Below, one piece after another: positions 28,764-38,735 of a stretch of 64,000 bases of DNA. The notes under the pieces were generated by a model. The model did not search any database and had not been told where the DNA came from. It saw only the letters and a program-made list of their open reading frames with translations. Position 1 is the stretch's first letter. Each line of letters opens with the position of its first letter. Source of the DNA: Caldisericia bacterium (lineage in GTDB: Bacteria > Caldisericota > Caldisericia > UBA6126); the NCBI GenBank assembly GCA_040767255.1, contig JAXGOZ010000010.1, forward strand, positions 155-64,154, given 5' to 3'. A program made the translations under genes and the position numbers.

Positions 28764-31535
28764 ATGTCAAAAAATGTTTTCCAGAAGAAATGGATATTGT
28801 TATCTTGTTGTCTTTTCTCTGGAAATCAATTTCTTCTCCATCAAGGATTGCTTTCTCTATAGACATGGAATCGGGCACATAGAAATGAATTGTGCAGTTT
28901 TCTTGCTCAGTATGTAATGAATAGTGCAACGTAGTACTGTTTTCATCGCTTTGCAATGAATAATGGAGAATAGAGTCAATTTTCGATGGCGAGTAAAAAA
29001 GAGGTTGATTGTATATATTTAGGTAGCTAGCATTGGATACGAAATAGCATACAGGAAAAGGAGTCTCCTTTTGCATGCGAGAAAAACTAAATGTTCCATT
29101 AGAGGAGATGTTTTCACCCTTTGCCATGAAAGGTGGATTATTCAAAAGAAAAAGGTCTTCTACCCAGGTTGAATCCTCTGAATCAACTGGTAAAACTGAA
29201 TACTCAATACCTCGATGAGATGGATTTCGTTGCAATATAATGGAAGAATTTACTTGTTCTGTTACGGATATTAAAGCTTCAATACAAGTAGACCGATCCT
29301 TTTTCATGAATGCGTAATATGGCATTTGGATTTCAGATTCCCAATAGGAAGAAAACCATCCATTTTCCTTGTGAATAGAAGGTTTACCATTCGTGGTAAT
29401 GTGAAGATATTGGTCTGATTCGGTAGGGAGTTTTACATGGATGCCGTAGTCATCTTGATGTTGTAAAAGGCCATTTGGGTGATATAGAGATCGATAAATA
29501 TGCTGAACATCGGAGTGAAATGAATCCAACACAAACGTATATCCGGGAGCAATGTGTGCAGATTTCTCTGTTGAAGTTTGAAGCGGAGGGATAAAGAAGA
29601 CCGTACGATTGGCCATTGTATTCGGGTGGCGGATATTCATGGGTAGATTCAGTTGTGCAAACGAAAACCACGAACTCCAGTAAAAATTCTCGATTGTAGA
29701 CTTGTCAATGGGTCCCACTCCACCGTTGTACCAGGATTCTGGTCCTAAACCATCTACTGTAAAAACATTGTGGGCCTCATGGGATACATAGTACGACCGA
29801 TTCTTAGAAGACCATCCCTCTGGTCCATAACCACTTTCCAAGAGAAGTGGTATGTCTCCTTTGCTCAAAAAAATATGCCCTGCATCATTTTGTTCGTGCA
29901 GCGAGAATCGTTGTTTCCCAGTACACAACAGGTACATTTCTTCTGGAAGGTGTTTATAACGGAATACGATTTGTGAGTCATCTAAAAAAACGGTGCTTTC
30001 TGTCTGAGGAAATGTTGGTAGAATGTGGCTAGAAGGCAGTGCCGATAAAAGAGAAAAGGGTATATACAGGCTTTTTCGGATATTCCACGGTTCATTGTCG
30101 AAAGGTTTTTGATTTTTGTAACAAATTGAAGCACCTAAAAATTCTGTTTGCTGCTCTGGGAAGAAAGGAATGAGGAAACGAAAAGGAAAGATCACTCGGG
30201 TTTGCCATGAATCGTCAATAGAAGGCAAGTAACCATCTGGTTTTTGAATATGTAAGGCCCAGTCAACCATGGATTGGAGTCTGGAGGAGAAAGGAAAATC
30301 TTGAAACAAATTGAGTCCCAATGTGTTTTTTATTCCATAGGCGAAATAGCTGAATATCTCCAAAAGATAAGTATAGTAGTGTGTACCCTCATTCAGTACC
30401 CCATCCTCCGAAATCTGAAAATGAAAATAATAGTCAAGAACTTGCAGAGAAAACTGCAAAAATTGATTTTGATCCACGGGATGGTTCAGGTATAGAGAGC
30501 TTAAACCCAACATACTAGCAGCTCTGGTTACATGGTTGTTTCCTTTTCCATAGGGATAATGCTGGATCCAATATAGGCATGTTTCTTGCTCTATCTCACA
30601 AATTCTGAGTATGTTTGATTGTATCAATGGACCCATGGATGCAGGAAGAGCATCCATAGCTTGCAATAACTCGATAGCAATAAGATAGTGGATAGCATGT
30701 TCTTGAAGGAAGATATCATTCTGTGATTGTATGGTATCCCAATACTTTGGTTGAATTTCTTGAAACTGCGTTAAAATTTGAGAAAGATCTCCGTTATGAA
30801 AAAAGAATTGATCCAGTACAAGATTTCGTAGATATTCGGTAGTACCAGCGTTTGAAAGATTTGGACTTGCATAGGATAGAATAGTGGTGAATCGGGGATC
30901 TTGCTGCACTTTGTTTCGAAGAAGTGGGAGATCCTTTTTTTGAAATAGAATTCCGTTTTCAGAATGAATTGGTTCTGTAAGTTGGAAAAGGAATGGATCA
31001 ATCAAGGGAGTTTTTTCTGCATGCAAAGATATACTATGCCATTGGATTTCTAAGGAATTGATATTTTGATCAGCTGATGGATGTGTGCATATAGCAAGGG
31101 ATTCAACCTGATTCCAATGGAACACAGAATCACCCCCGAATGCAGAAAATAGATCATGTAGGGGAAACGATTTTATCGATGCTTCTTTTTTATCTACCTC
31201 AAAGTAGGTGAATCTCATATGATTCGATTGATCCCGGACAAGGAGTGTGATCCAATTTTCTGTTGCTTGGTTTGCTGAAAGTTTGATCCTCAATGATTGA
31301 AAAGAAGACCAATCCCGAGGAACTGATTTTGTAATCATGGATGCATTTTTTTGACCAGGTTTCCACAATAAACTCGATTGATGCCATATCAATCTACTTT
31401 TTTCCCAAATCCTTGCCAATCGTGAGGGGAAAGAGGATATAGAACCTCTTGTTGTTGAGAATAAGATGTAGTAAATGATGGAAAGTGACTCACGAACGAT
31501 GCAATCAGAAGACAGATCAGAACAATGCGCTTCAT
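28756..31535 (-). CDS. secreted heparinase II/III-family protein (signal peptide out of frame with the body, break near 31400)
   Basis: HEQNDAGHIFL...LLLESGYGPEGW...HEAHNVFTVDG block is typical of heparinase II/III-like proteins. The ATG at 31535 overlaps the upstream stop (ATGA) and encodes MKRIVLICLLIASFVSHF in a different frame from the 1048-aa ORF. Confidence 0.65.
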
Positions 31536-32386
31536 GTAATGGTACGGATCCTTGCCCCACAAGAATGAATCTCTTTAACAAGGCTATCGTGAATAAGTGA
31601 ATTGGAACAAATGACAGAAGATGGTTGAAATTGTACTGGGTGATTGTGGATATCTGTGATTCGCCCACCAGCTTCTTCAAGAATGATACGAGCTGCAGCG
31701 AAATCCCATAATTGTAGCATCTGTTCCCAGTATCCATCAAGCATGCCACATCCTGTATAGCAGATATCCAGTGAAGCCGACCCAAACCGTCGAACTGCCT
31801 GGGAGTTTTTGCAAAAATGTGCATACAAATCAAGATTTGTAAAGACTGTATGACGGATATCATAAGGAAAACCAGTAGACAAGAGTGATTGTAATAGATC
31901 ATTCTGAGTGCTTACATGGACGGGTGTTCCATTGAGCCATGATCCTGCACCAGCGAGACCAAAAAAGAATTGATCCATTTCCGGTGCATAAACCCATCCT
32001 GCAATTGGTTTTTGATCTTTATACAAAGCCACTGAAATGGTCCAAAAAGGTAAGTGATGCGCAAAATTTGTGGTACCATCAATTGGATCGATGATCCAGG
32101 TATACGAGCTGGTAGTTCGGTTGTCTTCGCATTCTTCAGAAATAGTTGAGTGATCAGGGAATTTTTCTTGAATCTCATGAAGAAGAAATTTTTCTGTTTC
32201 GATATCAATATTTGTGACAAGATCGATTTCACCCTTTTTTTGAATGGATAACTGTGAGTGTTCATTTTTGGCTTCATTGCCTGCACTAGTCACGATCGAA
32301 AAACCAAAGCGGATGATGGAGTTATAAGGATGGGAAGCTAAATTTGAAAGGACCTTTTGATAGAAAGCTGGAATAGGAAAATCCAT
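31532..32386 (-). CDS. inositol monophosphatase family protein
   Basis: WIIDPIDGTTNFAH and WDFAAA motifs. The start at 32386 (MDFPIPAFY) shares one nt with the upstream stop (TAATG). Confidence 0.85.
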   Translation of the reverse strand: MDFPIPAFYQKVLSNLASHPYNSIIRFGFSIVTSAGNEAKNEHSQLSIQKKGEIDLVTNIDIETEKFLLHEIQEKFPDHSTISEECEDNRTTSSYTWIIDPIDGTTNFAHHLPFWTISVALYKDQKPIAGWVYAPEMDQFFFGLAGAGSWLNGTPVHVSTQNDLLQSLLSTGFPYDIRHTVFTNLDLYAHFCKNSQAVRRFGSASLDICYTGCGMLDGYWEQMLQLWDFAAARIILEEAGGRITDIHNHPVQFQPSSVICSNSLIHDSLVKEIHSCGARIRTIT

Positions 32387-34068
32387 TAGCGAATCACCTG
32401 CAAAGAGTAAGTTTTTGCGTCCCACTTAATTTGAAATGAAAACACTGATGGCATTGAGCCCCCCGGAATAAAGGGTTCATTATGAGAAATCTCGATGGGC
32501 TGGGGAAGAGTTTTTTCTACTCCATTTTGGATATATGTACTAGAACCTGTATAGAATGTGTAGTAATTAGAGTTGTAGGTGATTTGCAAAATTCCACGTG
32601 TCAGATTCGGAAAATACTGCATCCCATAATATTTTGTAATGATTGACAGGGGAATCATGATTCGATTACTCTGAATGTAGGGACTGGTGAAAACAGAAAC
32701 TGGTTGTTTATTAATAAAAATGACTGATCGGTCTTTTTCAAAAACAGCATTTACCTTACGGGAAGAGGAAGTTTGCTGCAAAGTATCCAATCGAACCAAA
32801 GTGTGGCCAGAAACAGCATAAAAGAGGATTGATCCTGTGAAATTTGTGCAGGAAACCATTGGTAAAGAGGAAGAGTCAAGAGAATGGTAGATGAAATTTC
32901 GCAAAGGTTCACCAGAGGATGTTTTATCGACAATAAAATACTTCTCATTGGTCAAAAAGGAAATAGAAACCAAAGAACCTTGATTTTGTTGATCAAGATA
33001 GAAAATTTTATTGCCATCTCCACTGATACAAAAAGGAGATTCTTTTTCCAGAGGAACAATATGGGTCAACCCACTCCCATCTGTTGCAATGAAAGTAAGA
33101 GTAGAAACACCGTTGACCATCATTTTGAAAAAAATCTTAGTTCCATACATGTTTAGAATAAAAGGTCCCTGTTCTTCGGGTTTAGGATCAAATCTTCGGG
33201 ACGATGTTAGTTGGTTTAAAAAACCCGTTTGTAAATCAAAAGAGTACAATTCTCCCTTCAGTTCGTAGGGAGACTGATTCTCAAAAAGCTGTGCAAAAAA
33301 AACAATGCGATTATGGGAAGAGAATCTTGGCATATGGGGACTGTGTATATGGGAGTCAAAAATGAACGACTTTTTGTTTCTGGAAAACTCTTTGGGCCCT
33401 ACTATGACTTTTTGATTTGAACCATTTCGGTTCATCATAAATGGCAGTTTGAATCAAGACTCTGATGAATAAAGTAACCAATTTCTACTTGTCTTGTAAT
33501 CAATTCAAGAAGCATCGATATCGATATTGGGCACATCATGTAAAGCGAGAAAAACTGCCTGGTTTGTTCCAGGTACTAGAATTCGAAGAGAAAAGATATC
33601 CAGCTTTTGCGTTAAAGAGTCAAAGACAAAGATATAATCTGTTTTTTTGGTAGCTGTTGTTTCATGGGAATGAACACCCATACAAACATACCGCCCATCT
33701 CCAGATATCGATGGATATTGGTCTTTTGCGGTTAGAGAAATCCATTGGTCGCCTATTTTGTAGGTACCAGGAGAAAAAACTTCGGTAAGGTTTGTGCCAT
33801 CAGCATTTGCTACATGTATGTAGGTATTTCCAGATTGGAGTCCTGTGCTGCGAATAACAATTTTTTGACCGTTTTTAGAGGTTTCATAGTAAGATATTTC
33901 GTTAGTGAAAGAGTATAAGGGGTTTAACCGTGTTTCTATTTTCATCTCTTTCCAGTTCGTGGTGGAATCTGCTGCTAAAGAAGATCTTGATGGTAGAGGA
34001 AAGTATATACAACATATGAGGAGCAAGGATGATACAACGAAACGAGTCAGCAATTTTTCTATTCTCAC
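32386..34068 (-). pseudogene. TolB-like beta-propeller exoprotein with C-terminal stalk-like domain, interrupted at 33439-33507
   Basis: ORF 33505..34068 (signal peptide plus propeller blades) and ORF 32386..33438 are in the same frame. They are separated by 22 codons containing two TGA (33505-07, 33454-56). An alternative frame across the gap reads LLELITRQVEIGYFIHQSLDSNCHL. Confidence 0.6.
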
Positions 34069-35327
34069 ATTTCCTCCTTAACGATTATGGTGGTTTCACC
34101 AACTGAAAAGACATCTTCTTTGTGAAGTTGTATTCGTTGTATGTTTTCCCCGTTCACTTTTGTACCAAGGCAACTTTGAAGGTCAACAAGGAAAAATCCC
34201 TGTTTTGTTTTTTGAATATAGCAGTGTTCATACGATACTGAAAGATCGTTTAAACAGATCTGACAATCCTTGCTAGAACCTATCCAAACGGATGTATTTA
34301 TGGTTTCTTGACGTTTAGAAAATGATGGTTCTTGGATCAACAAAACCAAACCTTTGTTTTTGTAGTTCTCTTCTTGGATTTTTTTTCTTTTTCGTTGTTT
34401 TATTCTTCTTGATTTGCGAAGGTACAAAGCGAATTTTAATAAAACACCAAATAGGATTAAAAGAAGGAATATGGCGAGTAACAAAAGAATCCAATACAAA
34501 ATATTGTGAAGAGAAATGATGGGTTGTATCTTAATAGAGAGTTGGGAAGAAGGGTTTTGAATGTACAAAGAAGAAGTAGAAAACATGTGTATCCAGGGAA
34601 TTGTGATCTGAAATGAATGAATAGGCTGTTTTGTTTCTAGCAGAATTTTTTCAATGGAGGGGATACTTTTGGTTGCAGTAGTATTAAAGAAATTCCCGCC
34701 TGAGGACTTTAAAACAAATGCAGTGCTCGAAGTGCAAGGAGAGTCATTGGTTTGAAAATAAAAAAGAGGAGCAAATGCACTAGAATAGGTAGGAAACTCG
34801 CTACCATCACCAATGATTAGAATGGCAACATCTCTTGAAGAATGCATTTCTCTAGAATAAAGAACATTGAGGAGAGAATTTAACTGACCCATTTCGTGTG
34901 ATGGATCCAAAGGATGCGTACTCAGTTTGTCATCGGGAAATGGAATTTCGTGAATTTCTGATCCAAATGTAAATACTACAATATCGTTAAAAAATGGGGT
35001 AGTATTTCGAGCTTTTTCGATTTCCATTAAAAGTATTTCTCGATGAGCTCTTTGACGAATATCTTCATACGAGGGAGTATTTTGAATGAGTAGATATAGT
35101 TTTGGTTGGGATTGGAAGGGGAGTTTTATGACTCGTTCTTTTTCATGAATATTCTGGTTTTCTAGATATACGCTGCCTGGTTCTAACGAAGCATTGTGAT
35201 AGTATCCTCGGATTGTGGGGTATAAACTTCTATCAATATCAATAGTTGATTCCCCACCCGATACAGGTATAGATAAGCTCAACCAAAAGATGAAAAATAA
35301 TAATATGCGGAGCAATATTTTCTTCAT
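34065..35327 (-). CDS. single-pass membrane protein with extracytoplasmic domain and cytoplasmic FHA domain
   Basis: Signal peptide, TM helix (ILYWILLLLAIFLLLILFGVLL), basic linker, C-terminal FHA-like block (WIGSSKDCQICLNDLSVSYEHCYI...GTKVNGENI). Confidence 0.75.
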   Translation of the reverse strand: MKKILLRILLFFIFWLSLSIPVSGGESTIDIDRSLYPTIRGYYHNASLEPGSVYLENQNIHEKERVIKLPFQSQPKLYLLIQNTPSYEDIRQRAHREILLMEIEKARNTTPFFNDIVVFTFGSEIHEIPFPDDKLSTHPLDPSHEMGQLNSLLNVLYSREMHSSRDVAILIIGDGSEFPTYSSAFAPLFYFQTNDSPCTSSTAFVLKSSGGNFFNTTATKSIPSIEKILLETKQPIHSFQITIPWIHMFSTSSLYIQNPSSQLSIKIQPIISLHNILYWILLLLAIFLLLILFGVLLKFALYLRKSRRIKQRKRKKIQEENYKNKGLVLLIQEPSFSKRQETINTSVWIGSSKDCQICLNDLSVSYEHCYIQKTKQGFFLVDLQSCLGTKVNGENIQRIQLHKEDVFSVGETTIIVKEEM

Positions 35328-35367
35328 TACCTATGATTCTATGATCTAAGCTCATCAGGTCAATATA

Positions 35368-35395
35368 TTCACAAATATACCACAAATGATATAAT
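35368..35395 (+). promoter_or_regulatory. promoter-like element, TTCACA-16 nt-TATAAT with extended TG
   Basis: ATGATATAAT at 35386-35395, 36 nt upstream of the ATG at 35432, which has a GAGGAA RBS. Confidence 0.5.
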
Positions 35396-35431
35396 GATTT
35401 GCAAAGTTTAATCACAAGATGAGGAAACAAT

Positions 35432-35728
35432 ATGCGTATAGAAAAGCATCCTATTTTGGAGTTTGGAGAAAAGAAAAAAGTCACATTTTTTCTTGATGGA
35501 AAACGTGTAACCGGATATGAAGGTGAACCCATTGCGGTGGCTTTGTTTGAACAAGGATTCAAGAATATTAGTGAAAGTTTGGTATACCATAGACCAAGAG
35601 GTATTTTTTGTTGTATTGGGAACTGCTCCTCTTGTCTAATGAAAGTGAACGGTATTCCCAATGTAAGAACTTGCACTAAACAGCTCCAAGAGGGTATGAT
35701 TGTCGAAACACAAAAGAGGGAATCATGA
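35432..35728 (+). CDS. small (2Fe-2S)-binding subunit (HcnA / SoxA-N-terminal-like)
   Basis: 98 aa; GEPIAVAL...RPRGIFCCIGNCSSCLMKVNGIPNVRTC motif. Confidence 0.8.
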   Translation: MRIEKHPILEFGEKKKVTFFLDGKRVTGYEGEPIAVALFEQGFKNISESLVYHRPRGIFCCIGNCSSCLMKVNGIPNVRTCTKQLQEGMIVETQKRES

Positions 35729-36819
35729 AACAAGTCTGTGATGTATTAATTGTTGGAGCAGGCCCAGCGGGTCTTTGTGCTGCAAATATATTTGCTAATA
35801 CGGATGTACAGGTTATTGTACTGGAAAGAGACCCCTTTCTTGGAGGTCAATTATTAAAACAAACACATATGTTTTTCGGTTCAAAAGAACAATATGCCGG
35901 AACAAGAGGATTTGAAATTGGCACACTGTTAAAGGAACCTATTCTTCAAGCAAAAAATATCCGAATCTTTACCGATACGGTTGCTGCAGGATTCTACCCA
36001 GAAGATGGCTTTTTACTTGCCATCGAGAACGATCAAGAATTACACCGAATTTATTTTAAAAAAATCTTACTAGCTACAGGTGCATCTGAGAAAGCCTTAA
36101 GCTTTGAAAACAACGATTTACCAGGAATATTTGGAGCAGGAGCTGTGCAAACACTCATGAATATGTATGGTGTTGCACCGGGTAAAGAAGTCATTATGGT
36201 GGGATCAGGGAATATTGGATTGATTGTCTCTTATCAGTTGATGCAAGCTGGAATTTCTGTGAAATGTATTGTAGAGGCAGCCCCAGTAATTGGTGGATAT
36301 TTTGTTCATGCTGCTAAAGTACGACGTCTACAAATACCAATTTATACCCAAACAACTGTTCGTAAAGCTTTTGGAACTGAATCACTAGAAGGTGTTGAGC
36401 TTATTGCTTTGGATGGAAATTGGCAAGAAATCGCAGGATCGGAACGATATGAAACGTGTGATACTTTATGCTTGGCAGTGGGCCTTTCTCCTTTGTCTGA
36501 GCTTTTGTCTCACTTCCAATGTGAAACACAATATGTACCCGAATTGGGAGGAACCGTTGCACTGCGAAATCAAAGAATGCAATGCACCCACAAAGATGTA
36601 TTTATTGCAGGCGATGTAGCTGGAATTGAAGAGGCTAGCTCTGCGATGTTGGAAGGTATGATTGCAGGCGTATCTATAGCGGAAGATCTTGGGGTAGCAA
36701 CTTCATCTCACAAATCCATAAAAGAAGAATCCGCCCAATTTTTACAAGCAATGCGTTCGGGTCCTATTGGCGACAAAATACGAAGTGGACTTCGAAAGGT
36801 GGAGGATTCTCATGTATAA
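35725..36819 (+). CDS. FAD/NAD(P)-binding pyridine nucleotide-disulfide oxidoreductase-like subunit (HcnB / PDH1-alpha-like)
   Basis: Two Rossmann motifs (VLIVGAGPAGL, VIMVGSGNIGL) and FIAGDVAG. ATGA overlap with the upstream gene. Confidence 0.8.
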   Translation: MKQVCDVLIVGAGPAGLCAANIFANTDVQVIVLERDPFLGGQLLKQTHMFFGSKEQYAGTRGFEIGTLLKEPILQAKNIRIFTDTVAAGFYPEDGFLLAIENDQELHRIYFKKILLATGASEKALSFENNDLPGIFGAGAVQTLMNMYGVAPGKEVIMVGSGNIGLIVSYQLMQAGISVKCIVEAAPVIGGYFVHAAKVRRLQIPIYTQTTVRKAFGTESLEGVELIALDGNWQEIAGSERYETCDTLCLAVGLSPLSELLSHFQCETQYVPELGGTVALRNQRMQCTHKDVFIAGDVAGIEEASSAMLEGMIAGVSIAEDLGVATSSHKSIKEESAQFLQAMRSGPIGDKIRSGLRKVEDSHV

Positions 36820-37303
36820 GAATACTGGATACTTATCTTCTCAAGAATACTCTTCTTGCATGCCAGATAACGAAAGAATGAACTCTGGGGCTGTTGCCAT
36901 TATTGAATGTCCCGAGCATATTCCATGTAATCCATGTCAGGAAGCTTGTTCAAGGGGAGCTATACAACCATTTGAGAAGATTACAGATTTACCTGTGATT
37001 GATTTTGAGCGTTGCAATGGATGTGGGAATTGCATAGCTGTTTGTCCTGGATTGGCTATCTATGTTTTACAAAAAGAATATGAACCAGGTTTTTCCTTAA
37101 TCAAAATTCCCTACGAAATGCTCCCGATTCCTCAGAAAGGGGACCGTTGTGATGTCTTATCTAGAGACGGATCTGTCATTGGACAGGGTTTTGTTGAACG
37201 TGTTCAAAAGTATTCGTTTAATCCAAAGGGAAGGGTTTTGTGGATTAAGATCCCTAAAGAATTACATAGAGAAGCAAGAAATATACGGGTGGTGAATGAA
37301 TGA
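36812..37303 (+). CDS. ferredoxin-like 4Fe-4S subunit
   Basis: CPEHIPCNPCQEAC and CNGCGNCIAVCP motifs. The ATG at 36812 follows a GGAGG RBS. Confidence 0.75.
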   Translation: MYKNTGYLSSQEYSSCMPDNERMNSGAVAIIECPEHIPCNPCQEACSRGAIQPFEKITDLPVIDFERCNGCGNCIAVCPGLAIYVLQKEYEPGFSLIKIPYEMLPIPQKGDRCDVLSRDGSVIGQGFVERVQKYSFNPKGRVLWIKIPKELHREARNIRVVNE

Positions 37304-37587
37304 ATCTGAAAGATGATAACACCATTATTTGCCGATGCGCTGATGTTACTCTGGGAGAAATCAAAGAAGTAATCCGCAAAGGTTATACGACATTGGACGA
37401 AATCAAAAGACTGACAAGAGCTGGCATGGGTCAATGCCAAGGCAAGACTTGCAGAAACTTATTGTTACAAGTTATTGCCAATGAGTTGCATGTACCAGTG
37501 ACCGAAATTGAACTTTCCAGATTGCGCCCTCCTTCTGTAACAATTCCTCTTGAACTTCTTGCAAAGGAGGACGGAAATGAAGAATAA
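37300..37587 (+). CDS. BFD-like (2Fe-2S)-binding small subunit
   Basis: IICRCADVTLGEIKEVI...GMGQCQGKTC motif; ATGA overlap. Confidence 0.8.
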   Translation: MNLKDDNTIICRCADVTLGEIKEVIRKGYTTLDEIKRLTRAGMGQCQGKTCRNLLLQVIANELHVPVTEIELSRLRPPSVTIPLELLAKEDGNEE

Positions 37588-38731
37588 AGCATCCGTTGTA
37601 ATTATTGGAGGAGGAGTAATAGGCGTTGCTACTGCATATGAATTAGCTCTTCGCGGTGTAAAAGATATTGTACTAGTAGAAAAAAATACCTTGTTTTCAG
37701 GAGCAACTGCCAGATGCGGCGCTGGAGTACGTCAGCAATGGGGTACAGAAATGAATCTCCGTCTATCCATTGGTTCTGTGAAGCGATACGAGACCCTTGC
37801 CGAAGAATTGGAATATCCACACGGTATTGAATTTTCTCAAACAGGATATTTTATGCCCGTTTATTCAGAAAAGCAGCAACAACAGTTCGAAAAGAATATT
37901 ATCCTGCAGCGGAAATTCGGATTAGATGTACAATACCTGCAGCCAAATGAATGCAGAAGTGTGGTACCTATAGTGTCTCTAGATGGATTAATGGGGGCGA
38001 CATACTACGATAAAGATGGCTATCTCAGTCCTTTCCATACTACTGCAGCATATGCTGAAGCAGCCATTCGAAAAGGAGTCACAATAGAGAAAAGAACAGA
38101 AGTTCTTGGATTTGTGATGGAAAATGAACGAATTGTCTGTGTGAAAACAAGCAAGGGGGATATCTTTTGTGATACTGTGGTAAATGCCGCTGGTGGATGG
38201 TCACAAGAGATTGCCAAGATGGCAGGCGTACATTTGCCTTTGATATCAGAACGTCACCAGATACTTGTAACAGAACCCATTGAACGATTATTCAGACCAA
38301 TGGTTATGAGCTTTACACATGGTTTTTACACCCAGCAAGAACCCAACGGCCCCATTTTAATGGGAGTAGGAGATCCCAATGAGCCGAAGGGAACAAACAT
38401 GGATCATTCTTACCATTTCCTCCATACGGTAGCTTCTCTTGTTACATCTGTATTACCAGCTGTTGGGAAAGCTAGAGTTGTAAGGCAATGGTCGGGATTG
38501 TATAACATTTCACCCGATAAAGCTCCCATTTTAGGTCTTCCAAATGAAGTCAACAATATGTTTCTTGCTGTCGGGTTTTCGGGGCATGGTTTTATGGTAG
38601 CACCTATGGTTTCAGAAATCACTGCACAGATGATTACTGGAGAGGAATTGTCTATTCCAGAAGCACGATATAAATTAGATATTGGTCGATATGATCGGGG
38701 TGAACTCATAGTGGAACCAAGCGTAGTTTAG
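37577..38731 (+). CDS. FAD-dependent oxidoreductase, DAO family (SoxB / HcnC / PDH-beta-like)
   Basis: VVIIGGGVIGVATAYELA dinucleotide motif and a GFSGHGFM C-terminal block. The ATG at 37577 follows an AAGGAGG RBS. Confidence 0.85.
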   Translation: MKNKASVVIIGGGVIGVATAYELALRGVKDIVLVEKNTLFSGATARCGAGVRQQWGTEMNLRLSIGSVKRYETLAEELEYPHGIEFSQTGYFMPVYSEKQQQQFEKNIILQRKFGLDVQYLQPNECRSVVPIVSLDGLMGATYYDKDGYLSPFHTTAAYAEAAIRKGVTIEKRTEVLGFVMENERIVCVKTSKGDIFCDTVVNAAGGWSQEIAKMAGVHLPLISERHQILVTEPIERLFRPMVMSFTHGFYTQQEPNGPILMGVGDPNEPKGTNMDHSYHFLHTVASLVTSVLPAVGKARVVRQWSGLYNISPDKAPILGLPNEVNNMFLAVGFSGHGFMVAPMVSEITAQMITGEELSIPEARYKLDIGRYDRGELIVEPSVV

Positions 38732-38735
38732 TCGA

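Noticed and set aside
28756-31902. The N-terminal ~124 codons of the 1048-aa ORF (31532-31902) as genuine coding sequence.
   Set aside because: This part overlaps the well-supported inositol-monophosphatase gene on the same strand, has no family resemblance and is simply an open alternative frame. A signal-peptide-encoding ATG at 31535 is the better start.
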